This document shows, piece after piece, positions 12,006-22,837 of a stretch of DNA of 64,000 bases (positions are counted from its first letter, which is position 1; every line of letters begins with the position of its first letter). The stretch spans positions 96,970,001 through 97,034,000 of the forward strand of contig NW_024704743.1 of the NCBI RefSeq assembly GCF_018977255.1. Direction: 5' to 3'. The DNA comes from Callorhinchus milii. Its lineage: Eukaryota. A program made the translations under genes and the position numbers. The notes under the pieces are model-generated. The model searched no databases and was not told the DNA's origin. It worked only from the letters and a program-made list of their open reading frames with translations.

Positions 12006-13090
12006 ACTCCTTTTTAACATCTATATGCCCCCCTTGGTGATATCATCCGCAGACATGGGGTCAACTTCCCCATGTATGTGGATGACATCCAACTGTACCT
12101 CTCTGCCTCCACCCTTGACTCCAGGATTATTGTTGTCCTCACAGACTACCTGTCGGACATCAAGTCATGGATGAGAGGCAATTTCCTGCAGTTCCTCAGC
12201 ATTCTGTTTGACCCTCAACTGTCCTTCATACACCACATCTGTGCCATGACCCGCTCCGCCTTTCCCCACCTCCGCAACATCGCGCGGCTCCGCCACTGTT
12301 TCACACCGCAAGCCGCCGAAACCCTCATACACGCATTCATAACATCCGCTCTCGACTGTGCAACCTCCCTCCTTATCAGCCTCCCCAACTCCTCCCTTTA
12401 TAGGCTGCAGATTATCCAGAACTCTGCAGGCCATGTTCTCTCCCCATATCATATTCAATTCCAGGCAGGGCAAAACCTTGGGCAAGTTTCCTTACTCCAC
12501 ACGCCTAATAATAATCCCTCCAAAAAACAAAACAATAATAAATTGGTCATTTTCAATCTACGACTGTTTGTGGGACATTGCTGTGCGCAATTGGCTGCCG
12601 CGTTCGCCCACAAATATGCAGTCAATTCACTTTACAGTATATTCTGTGAAGCGCTTTGGGACGTCTAGAAGACGTGAAAAGTGCTATATCAAATGCAAGG
12701 ATTATTATTATTATTATCATGCTTCACGACCCTATCACCCCCATCCTCGACCGACTCCACTGGCTTCCCATCACACAGTTCAAGATCTTCATACTCATAT
12801 TCAAGCCCCTCCATTGCTTTGCCCCTTCCTATCTCTGTGACCTGCTAACCCCTTATCAACCTGTCCACTCCCTCCGCTCAGCAGACTCAGGCCTCCTCCC
12901 ATTCCTCGCCTGGCCCACCCCACCCCACCATTGGCAGTTGGGCCTCCAGGCTCTGTGCCCCCACCTTTTGGAACTCCATTCCAGATTCCCTTCACCTCAC
13001 TCCCTCCCTTGCCTCCTTCAAGGCGTGTCTCAAGACACTTCTCTTCGACGTCCTACCCATGTGAAATATGCTATTGAAATGTAAACTTAT
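12006..13090 (+). mobile_element. L2 LINE RT/3' fragment interrupted by a SINE
   Basis: MYVDDIQLYLS, HLRNIARLRHCFTPQAAETLIHAFITS, PITPILDRLHWLPI. Confidence 0.88.
12454..12714 (+). mobile_element. 5'-truncated SINE nested in L2
   Basis: Starts at the B box. Flanked by TATCAT at 12447-12452 and 12715-12720. Confidence 0.9.
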
Positions 13091-13635
13091 AATGTATTTT
13101 CTAAGGAAAGTACATTCATTGGTTTACTGTTTTTTGGCACCAATACCGTATTTAGTTGAAGCTCCTCTCTGGATTAGATGTGCCTTACTAGGTATACTTT
13201 GAGACGTCTAATCACAGACTTCCAAGTATAAGCTTGTAACACTAGTAGAATTCCCAGAATGAACAGCAGATTTCATTGCAGAGTTGCATGTTATAAATTA
13301 TATCAATCCACACAGATTGAGTTGTGGTTTGCTATGCAATTTGGTATTGAAAGGTGGGGAACAGCAGGCTATTTAGATTGTTATTCACTACCTATGAAAC
13401 CATTTTAACCTAATGGATTGAATTCAGATACAGGTTCAGGACTCCTCAATAGCCAGCGGGAGTAAGATTTGTATAATCACACAAGAACAAATAACACTTG
13501 TAAGTTTGGAAGAATGTCCCTTAAGTGCTTTAGGAGATGACAAATACATGGAAAAGTTCTTTTGGCTGCATTTGGAGTAAGGTATGGCCGGAGGTGGGCA
13601 ATGTGTGATTAGTCCCTTCCAACAATTGCTTCTCA

Positions 13636-14005
13636 ATTACATTTGACGTAGGATCTTTCACATCAGGAGAATGTCTTCAAGTGCTTCACAGGAATATGCT
13701 ATAAATTGTAATGACTGTATTTTTTAGGTTAATGCGGCAGCCAATTTGCTCACAACAATATTCCATAAACAGCCTTGCAGTGAATGACCAATTTTATTTA
13801 GAGAGCTGTTGGGAGAGGACACTGGCAGAAATTCCCTTCTCTTTTCAAATAATGCCATGACATCTTTAATGTCCACTTGAACAAGCAGACGTTAACTTGG
13901 TTTAACGTCTCAGCTAAAAGATGGCACCCCTAACAATGCAGCATAATCCAAGCAGTGCACTGAAGTGTCTGCAAATTTCTAATTCCTGATGTAGGCCTTG
14001 AACCC
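13636..14005 (-). mobile_element. Older SINE with long Deu-like domain
   Basis: Reverse complement contains TGCATTGTTAGGGGTGCCATCTTTTAGCTGAGACGTTAAACCAAG, typical of the Deu domain. Same 3' tail type as the young SINE. Confidence 0.7.
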
Positions 14006-14367
14006 ATATCCTATCACCTTGAAACCTATCTCTTTAATCACTCCTATGGTCACCTGCCCCTGTACCGTCTCCTTTGCTTATCGTCTGACCTCATCTCAGT
14101 GAAGTGTTCGCAACATTATTTTACATGAAGGGGACTATATAAATGCAAAGTGTTTGGATCCTTCTGAAGCAACCTACTTCAGGGGATTTGAAATGTTCAA
14201 AGAAGGGCAAGTGTTAGCTGATTTATTCTTAGAAATTATCAATGAGTTCAAGTAAAAAGCAAATTGCCATTTGATTTGCATGTAAGTTGCCAGCACTTGC
14301 TCTTTAGGAGACATGCTGAAAGTGAGTATTTGTAGGCACATCCAGTCCAAATCTGGAGAAGAGCCTT

Positions 14368-14652
14368 AACAACGACAACAACTTGCATTTATATTGCACT
14401 CTTCACCCGGGGCAGCATCTCGGAATGCTTAAAAGTGCAAGAGCCTGACGCCTAGCCGGGGGAGGGAAGAGGTGACTAGAAAAACGGTCGAAGAGGAAGG
14501 TCTTCAGTTGTAATTTAAAAGAGGGGAAGGAGGCGGGGAGGGGCAAGACGGAGGAATGGGGGGTGAGAGTTCCATAGCTTCGGGGCATAGTGGCTGAAAG
14601 CACGGCCACTGACGATGGAGCAGAGGGACGAGGGACAAGTAGAAATCCAGAG
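14368..14652 (-). mobile_element. L2 3' end
   Basis: (CAA)n then CTTGCATTTATA. Reverse frame gives FKLQLKTFLFDR. Confidence 0.75.
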
Positions 14653-17181
14653 CCTCAGTCTATCAGATGCACGCACCCTATGTCTAAAACCTGAGTTACA
14701 AGTTGGGTAATAATTCCCATATATATCAGTTGATGTCCATGTAACTCAATGTGGTCTCTCAGGTCTTTTGCCTGCCTCCTTACCCCACACCAACAAATTT
14801 GGCATGATGCATAAAGGTAACTGTGACAACACAAAGGTAAACTTTATCAAAGAGACACCATAATAAATCCCATGGACTTGTGCCATTGAACCGTATTTTA
14901 TTAGATGATACATAGTGCAGGAATTTTCCAGGCAGAGCAGTCTTCACCATAGCCCAGTCCACTCCACTCACTTGAAGAGCGGTCTCAATGGTTCTATTTT
15001 AGGATGAATAAGGACTAAAAGAATGCCTTTTGTGAGATTGTGCATTAATCTGTTTTTNGTAATCATTTCACGAGGAAACAGATGTCATTGCTATCGCAGC
15101 AATATCTCTGGCAACTTGCTAAAACCTTTTAGACAACTTGCTAAAACCTTATTCAATATTAACACTACATCTAAAAATGAAATCAACAGGAAAATTCCAT
15201 TGGGGGATTATCTTGGATTACAGTTTGATGCTGTGGCTGAAAATAAGGCAATTAATACAGATATTCAAGGAAGGCTGGTTTGTTGATTTATCACAGAGCT
15301 CATTGGCGTTTACTTTGAAAGCTGTTTCACAAAACTTTCTGCATCATTTAGCAGTGACTAACCTCAGTGACTGATTCTTGAACGGGATCTGATTTCCCAG
15401 TCACCCTCCAGTCACGTGGTGTAGCAGGACTTCTGTAGATTTGTTTTTCTATGAACTGTAACAAATATAGCCGTTTTCTGCTCGGCATGTCATCCTTCTT
15501 TTATCTGCTGGTCATGAATGTCAGTACTTAAATAGTTGACATTCAAACTGATGAAAGAGCTGCCACAACTTCGTCACCAATGAAAGTCGTTTTTCTTCAC
15601 TGTGTCCAATTTTATGTTACGGTGGCTTCTTCCCTGAGACAATCCACATTCAGGAGAGCAGGCAATAGGTGACCTGTCACCATGCTTCTAGCAATGCATG
15701 GAGCAGGATAGTGGCATACAATTTCTATCCCTCCTCTTTGGAAGATGCCTGGTACAAAGTGACTTCCCTAGACTGTCCGTCTGAGATCAGTTGTTTGGTG
15801 CAGTGTGTGGAGAATCATGTGGAAATTGTTTCTGTTTGATCAGTGTTTTGCAATATTGTAGTTTCTTTTGAGGCCGAACTAAGAATGGAAACGGGGAGAG
15901 GTTAGACATGATGAGAGTCTAATAGGACATGGAATATAGTTGAATTTGAAGTACACTTCATACTAGTTTTTAAAAGGTAATTGGATAAATATTTGACAAA
16001 GAAAACTATAATTTTGCACGCTCATAGACTTCCCAAATCAATGAAATTTCTAACCCAAGTAAAACAACCAGAGGCAACATCTATAAGAAGAGAATATCGC
16101 TCCCTTCTTCCCCCACAAAAAATAAACTTTGGCAATTGAAAGAAAAGAGATGTCTCAGAAGAGACCTTCTGAAGGTGTATAAGATGCTAAATGAATTTGA
16201 GAAAGTGAACCCCAAATAATACTTTTAGATACACAAAGACAGCAACACAAGGGGACCCAAGTTCAGGGATGCAAGAGGGCAATTTCACAATGGACACCAG
16301 GAAATATTCCTTTATACAGAGGATAATTAAATAGGCCAAAGAACCCTTTTCATCCAAACCTCTATTGTAATCTTGAAGTCCTAATGGTTCTTTCCATGTA
16401 CAAAGCCAACAGTTTGGTTCCATCTTGTTGTGTGCAAACATTTTTTTTTCTGTATATGCTCCTCTCTCTATAAGCTTGGTTATATAAAAAAATATTTTGA
16501 TTGTTATATTTGTGAGTTGCTGTCTTTCAGTCTTTTAGCTACGCAGTGGTCATTGTATAAGTTCTTCAGATAAAATGAACTCCAAAGTATCATGGATCAT
16601 ATACACATTCTCTCCTATTTTGAGGAATATTTAAAAATAAGCTGCATTCAGAATCAGAGTTAATCTTTGGGTAATGATATAAACCAATTGTTAGAGCATG
16701 GAATGTGGAGGGTTAATGCGGATCCATCCTCTCAGTAATAAACTTCTGTGGAAGCCAAGTCTACACAGGGTGAAAGCATAATCTCAGTTAAAAGGTTTGC
16801 CATTCACTTGAAAGGAGAACACAGCTTGGTGGGCTAAAAGTGCTAAAAATGGTAACTAAGCACACCTCTTATAGAACTATAGAATCATAGAATGTTTACA
16901 GCACACCACACCACCTTTAAGCATGATGCTTAAAGGTCACTGTGACAACATGAATAATAATAATAATTGCATAAGTATATCGATTGCATTTGATATATCG
17001 CCTTATCACGTCTTTGGACGTCTCAAAGTGCTTCACAGAGTATGCTGTAAAGGGAATTAACTGTATATTTTTGTGGGTAAAAAGATGGTAAAAATGGGCT
17101 ACAAAAGCTTCAATAAGATGTGGCAGGGGAGAGATCGTGGCTGTGTCAGATTAGCTACCTGCCTAAGATAAGAACTACAAG

Positions 17182-17358
17182 TAAACTAAAACGCTGCGGA
17201 AGCCGACATCAGGCTACGCTGATGTAGAAGAGCTCCCTGCAAGGAATGTGATGTTTGTATCTAGATACACATAATGGAATGTGTTTTGTGTTTGTTGTGT
17301 TTTTTGTTGGACGAAATATAGAATATTTTATTAAATAAATATGGATTTTCAACAAAAA
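17182..17358 (+). mobile_element. Short poly(A)-ended retro-insertion (L1/Tx1-type 3' end or retrocopy) with target-site duplication
   Basis: TAAGAACTACAAG repeated at 17169-17181 and 17363-17375 (17 bp with 1 mismatch if extended). Insert ends AATAAATATGGATTTTCAACAAAAA. Confidence 0.65.
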
Positions 17359-18478
17359 AAGCTAAGAACTACAAGCAACATCAACGAGTAGTCATTCCAG
17401 GTCTTCCAGGGTAAGGATATTGATTAAACTGAGCCCTGAATCATCTTCTGCAGTTTTATGTATTAAACCTTTAAGTGATGTAACCGCCATTTTTGTTAGC
17501 AATAAATTATATCTAGTTTACAGTATTTTGTCTCTGTTCAAATACCTTACCTCTGGTGAACAACAGGTTGAGGACTAAATACCCTCACCACAAAGCCCTC
17601 ACACAGCTACCTACTGAATTGCTGCCAAACCCTACCCATGGCAGTATTATCCTATCTATACTGCCCAAGGCTAGTATAGCTTGTTTTTTTCTTTATTTAC
17701 TTGCTTACTTAATTATCTTTACATTTGGTATTGTTCCTTTCATGTTGGGAGAACTCGCTACAAAGCACTTTGCTGGATATACTGTAACGGGTGTTGACTG
17801 TGTGTTTTGTGGGTGATCGTACCTCTTTATTTAGGTAAAAACACTTACTTTTCAAAAAACAATGCTGTCACGGTCACCGCTTTTGTTTTCTATGCCTGTC
17901 TGTTGTTTAAATATTTAAATGTATTCAATGTTTTTGTTAGTTATGGTGCCATTAAATCTGACTTTAGCGTTGATAACAATAATTTGGCATTCCAATATAC
18001 AAATTTTACAAATGAAGGATTGGAAGTTTATATTGAGTAACTGAGGGGAGAATCTGAATGGGCGATAAAAAGGCACCAATTAAATCAAGTAATAGGTGCT
18101 ATACAATTTCCATTGGGAGCCCTAATTCGGGGAGGGGCTCAATGCTCATAAAAGTTTGAGCCCCATGTGCTTCTGGTCACTATTTTTCTACCTGATGACA
18201 ATAAAGGTACGTGCTCTGACTATTGACAAGTAGTTGTCAGAGGTTGGTTCTTCGTGCACTTTTACATTAACTTCATTACAAGTGGCTGCTAGCGTGTGTA
18301 GTTTAAGTGTAATTAATGTTTATTATCTCATAGTTGTATTTGTTGATATTTCGTTTAAGGTTTAACGCTCAGGGTTGTGGATTTCATTGAAGCTACAATA
18401 AAATTCTGTCAAGCTAACGTAACTGTGTTTCTCGAGCTTTGGGCTTTTAATAAAAGGAGTGAATACACAAACAGGTTC

Positions 18479-18560
18479 AGCCTAGGTGATAGATTGGCTG
18501 AAGCTTCCCAATTTAAAAAATTTTAAATTGGGAAGCTTCAGCCAATCTGTCACCTAGGCT
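18479..18560. repeat. 82-bp near-perfect palindrome
   Basis: 40-bp arms (18479-18518 and 18521-18560), 2-nt spacer, a single mismatch. Confidence 0.95.
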
Positions 18561-18973
18561 TTATTTTAAATAGCAATTGATTGTATCTGTTGTCGTGGAA
18601 GAACTCATTAGTCAATTTACATCTAGTTATAGGGACTTGCATTCATTAGTGAGGATTGAACACAGAGACCACCCAGTACACTCTGCGAGGGGGAGCAACC
18701 CATATGATGGGTGTACATATAAGGGTGATAGAATCATCTCAATCCTAGTAAAAGAAAGGACTCCACATGTCATAATTCTTTTATCTTAAAAGTGGAGTAA
18801 TAAAAGTGGAGTGAGTGTTTATTTTAGTAAATACAGCATTGGGTGGAATCTGAAAATGCAGCCCATGGTCAGATCAGTCGCTCTGACACCAAAGATAAAG
18901 AGCAAACATGGCAAGGTTGTGCAAGCCCAGTCCATTCACCTTTGTTTTTTTTAAGTAAATGTATGAATGGCTT

Positions 18974-19216
18974 ATAATAATAATAATCCTTGCATTTGGT
19001 ATAGCGCCTTATCACGTCTTCAGGATGTCTCCAAGCACTTCACTGAATATATTGTAAAGTGAATTAACTGTATATTTTGCGGGTGAAATGCAGCAGCCAA
19101 TTGCGCACAGCAACAACAACAACTTGGATTTATATAGCACCCTCAACGACGGACGGCATCTCAGTAGTGTCCCACAAACAGTCTTGGATTGAGTGACCAA
19201 ATTATTATTATTATTA
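18974..19216 (-). mobile_element. Partial SINE containing an inserted L2 3' tail
   Basis: SINE body is split at CACAGCA by CAACAACAACAACTTGGATTTATATAGCACCCTC... (about 19111-19161). Confidence 0.75.
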
Positions 19217-20787
19217 AGGCTTTTCTGCAAAGACCTGTGTCAATGCTGTTAAAAGTAAGTTTATTTTAAATTTTAAAAATGTGGTTATTTGTGTAATACG
19301 TGATTTCCATTTGCAATATCTATCTGTGGAATAATCTGTTCTTTTAGCATTTTTTCACACTGAAAAGAATATCCAGTATAGGCTTTTAAAAATAAAATAC
19401 ATGTTACAACATGCTTATGTGTTGCCACAGCCTGTATCATTGTTCTTCATCCTATGGATTTCAATGAATTTGCTATTTAAATCTGTGTCATCAAAATTTA
19501 ATCTGATCAAGCACTGCACCATGGATAAGTTTAGTTTGGAACCATTAACTTTTAGTAACTGGGGGAGCAGGTAGATATTGGCCTGTTCAGTACTTTGAGT
19601 GGTTTCAGAATCCATGCATGTCACTCGCTTTGAGGGCTTTTGAACAAACTGTAAGCACCGGTACTTGTGATTGTGTGTTTCCTGAAAATTGGTGAGTATT
19701 TTTAAGTTAATAGTTTTTAAGTCGTGTGGGCTATTTATCATTTCCGCTGCAAGCCTTTATTTGCTTAGTGTTGGCTGGCTTATGTGAGCATTATAAAAAT
19801 GCACACTGCTGACTTTCCATGGTTATATTTATTGTTAAATAAAAAGGGCATACATTTTTTTGGACTACTTTATAAAGTTACATGAAGGACCTACCTTTTG
19901 CCAACAGTAATGTTGCTTCAGTCTGACCCCAGGTGAAAATACAATCAGATCCGGAGCTTGAAACCTCTAAAGACTGATTTAGAATCTGAAACTTCTGAAT
20001 ATATTGATCTTTTCATTGTATTTCTTTGACTGCACCCATCCACTCTACCCTTTCCGTCCCTCCTAGTTCAGGCACCCACTCTGCCTTTGTAAAGCACTGT
20101 GAGACATTTTCCCTAATGTGCTACAAAAGTGCAAATTGTTGTATCTGGGGGAGTGACAACAAGATGATAATGAATCTGATAGTGTGTCTGAAAATAACTA
20201 ACAATATATAACTAAAATGAACCGGGAGATAATTTTAGATTAAAAGTGACAATAAAAACAATAAGTTACAAGCAGACGTTTTTATGTGATCGTTCGTGAG
20301 AGATTGCTGTGGGCAAATAGGTTGCTCCATTCACCTACTTGAGCAATTGGTTGTCACATTTCGACCACAAAATATACAGTCAATTCACTTTGCAGCATAT
20401 TCTGTGAAATCCTCTGAGACGTCTCAATGACGTGATAAGGCGCTATATCAAATGCAGGATTATTATTATTATAAATATAGAATCACTATGCTTGACAGAA
20501 ACCTCTGAAGTGCTTTGAGATATTTCAATGCAATAAGGTGCTATATCAAATACAAAGAAAATCTCAATGTACTGACTCACTGCTTAAATGCCCCAACTCT
20601 AATCTTACTCCTACTCTGCAAGGTAGGCTGGAAACGGGTAGCTATAGCATGTGCTGTCGTATGATTAGCTGCCAACCGAGTCCGAGAGTGTCAATGTCAA
20701 TCTGCGCTGTATCACAGAGAGTCTCTGCTTGATAATGGTAGCCTTTAACAATTCACCATTTGGGGTCAGATGCATTAATGATATATC

Positions 20788-21400
20788 TTGACCTTTCTTC
20801 CCCACATCCGCGCCACAACTGGCACCACCTTCCACCACCTCCGGAACATCGCCAGACTATGGCACTACCTCACCCCTCACGCTGCTGAAACACTGGTCCA
20901 CGCCTTTATCACCTCAATGCTGGACTACAGGAACTCTCTCCTCGTCGGCCTTCCCGGCACCTCCCTCCACAAGCTGCAGGTCATTCAGAACTCTGCAGCT
21001 CGTGTACTGTCCCGCACCAGGCTTCGCGACCACATCACTCCCACCCTCGCTCGCCTCCACTGGCTCCCCATCCCCCAGAGGATCAAATTCAAGATCCTCA
21101 TCCTCACCTACAAGGCCATTCACGGCCTTGCACCCTCCTACCTCTCTGACCTACTATCCCCCTACTTACCTGCCCATACCTTCCGTTCCTCTGACTCCGG
21201 TCTGCTCCACATCCCCCGCCCCAACCGCCCTACCATCAGTGGCTGGGCTCTCAGCCCCTAGGCTCTGGAACTCCATCCCCCAGTGCCTTCGCCACCTCCT
21301 CCCTTTCCACAGCATTAAACTGTTTAATAAATGATTCATGTTTAGAGGGATGAGACGCTGTCCAGTGTGGAGGGCGCTATATAAATCCAAGTTGTTGTTG
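20788..21400 (+). mobile_element. 5'-truncated L2 LINE
   Basis: Open ORF2 C-terminus (HLRNIARL...LVHAFITSMLDYRNSLL...LHWLPIPQRIKFKIL) and (GTT)n tail. Confidence 0.9.
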
Positions 21401-21461
21401 GATGATTCTAATTTAGTTTAGGTTCTGATTGGGCGTTATATAAATGTAAGTTGTTGTTATA

Positions 21462-21935
21462 GTTCAGTCATATTCTCACAGATGATAGCTTCACACCATT
21501 GGCTTCTCAATCAAGCACATCTACCAAATATCTGCAGGTCCTCTCATACTTGTTTATTATTATTATTACTGAGCAGAATTAATACTACAACCAATCATCA
21601 CTAGGATAAAAATAACATGTCTCATGATGTTTGAACCCCAGATCACATTTCCTATTAATGGATGAATGTTTAGTGAACTCTGCTTCACAATGATAGGAAG
21701 TTCTGTTGTTGAAGAATAACAGAAAACATGTACCTATAAACCCGTGGCTATCACAAGCCAGTTATCCCTGTAATAACTTTTCTGAGTTTTCCTGCTTAAA
21801 AGCAAAAAATCCAGAAAGATTGTTAGTCTCTGCTTTCATGGTATATCTTCATTCAGAAAATCAAGATCAAGTGAGCTTCAGCCATTCTGCTCCACAGGAT
21901 GTTTCTGTTCTCCCTGAGCTCACCCGAGGACACCT
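21462..21935 (-). pseudogene. Decayed 28S rRNA fragment (3' part: domain V/VI including the sarcin-ricin loop)
   Basis: Collinear matches to the reverse complement of 28S as I recall it: TTCAGTCAT, CAAGCACAT, CTGCTTCACAATGATAGGAAG, CACAAGCCAGTTATCCCTGT, GAAAATCAAGATCAAG, CTCCCTGAGCTC...GGACACCT. Many substitutions, especially at CpG. Confidence 0.9.
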
Positions 21936-22399
21936 CTCAACACTGGGTCAAATGCAAGGGAATTTTTGCTTGAATAGTTGTGCCATTGCAATAAAGACAG
22001 ATTTTTGAGTTGGGTTTGCGTATGCAGAGGGACCAAGAAAAAAGGAGCCTTTTATTTTTATTGTGCCTAGAATATTGAAACATCTCAAGGACATTACATT
22101 AATTACTATCAAATGTAGTAATTACTGCTGTTTGGAGATACAGCAAGGTTGCACAAACAGCTGTGGTGAATGATTAATTGATCAGGAGGATTGTTTTTGC
22201 CAAGACACCAGGAGAAACTTCCTTCTCATTTCAAACAGTCTCATGGTATTTTTAATCCCACTTAAAGAGTAATAGATTGAAGTAGATAGATTGAAGGCAA
22301 ACAGGCCCTTGGTTTAACATCCAAAGAATAGCACCTTTGGTTCTCCCGAGCACTGGTCTGTAGCATTATCCTGAACAATGTGTCCAAATTGGGGTTTAA

Positions 22400-22650
22400 A
22401 CAACAACAACAAGATTTCATTTATAGAGCACCTTTCACGTCGGGAGGACGTCCCAAGGTGCTGGATAGTTGGGTCAGAACCCGAGCAGGGGGGAAATGGT
22501 CAGGGTGAGGGGAGGGAAGGGAGTGAGCAAGGAGGGGGTAGAGAGTCGAGAGGGGAGCTGAAGGCACGGTCGAAGAGAAAGGTCTTGAGACCGGCCTTGA
22601 AGGAGGAAAGGGAGGAAGCAAGGCAAAGGCACTGGGGGATGGAGTTCATC
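22400..22650 (-). mobile_element. L2 3' end (tail class with ACGTC-CTCCC-GACGT)
   Basis: (CAA)n, then TTTCACGTCGGGAGGACGTCCC. Reverse frame gives FKAGLKTFLFDRAF. Confidence 0.8.
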
Positions 22651-22837
22651 CACATGTAAACCACAACTATCTGACCTAGAAATGAGAGACCTACCGAATG
22701 AGTCAACTGCATGGTCTTAAATTTTGGTTGGCACTAAGTATAGTGGCATATTGGCAAGAAATACAGACCATAATTAGTGAGATTCTGCCAAAGCTCGCAA
22801 ACTCATTCTTACTCTACCATCCCAAATGTATCAAGGG

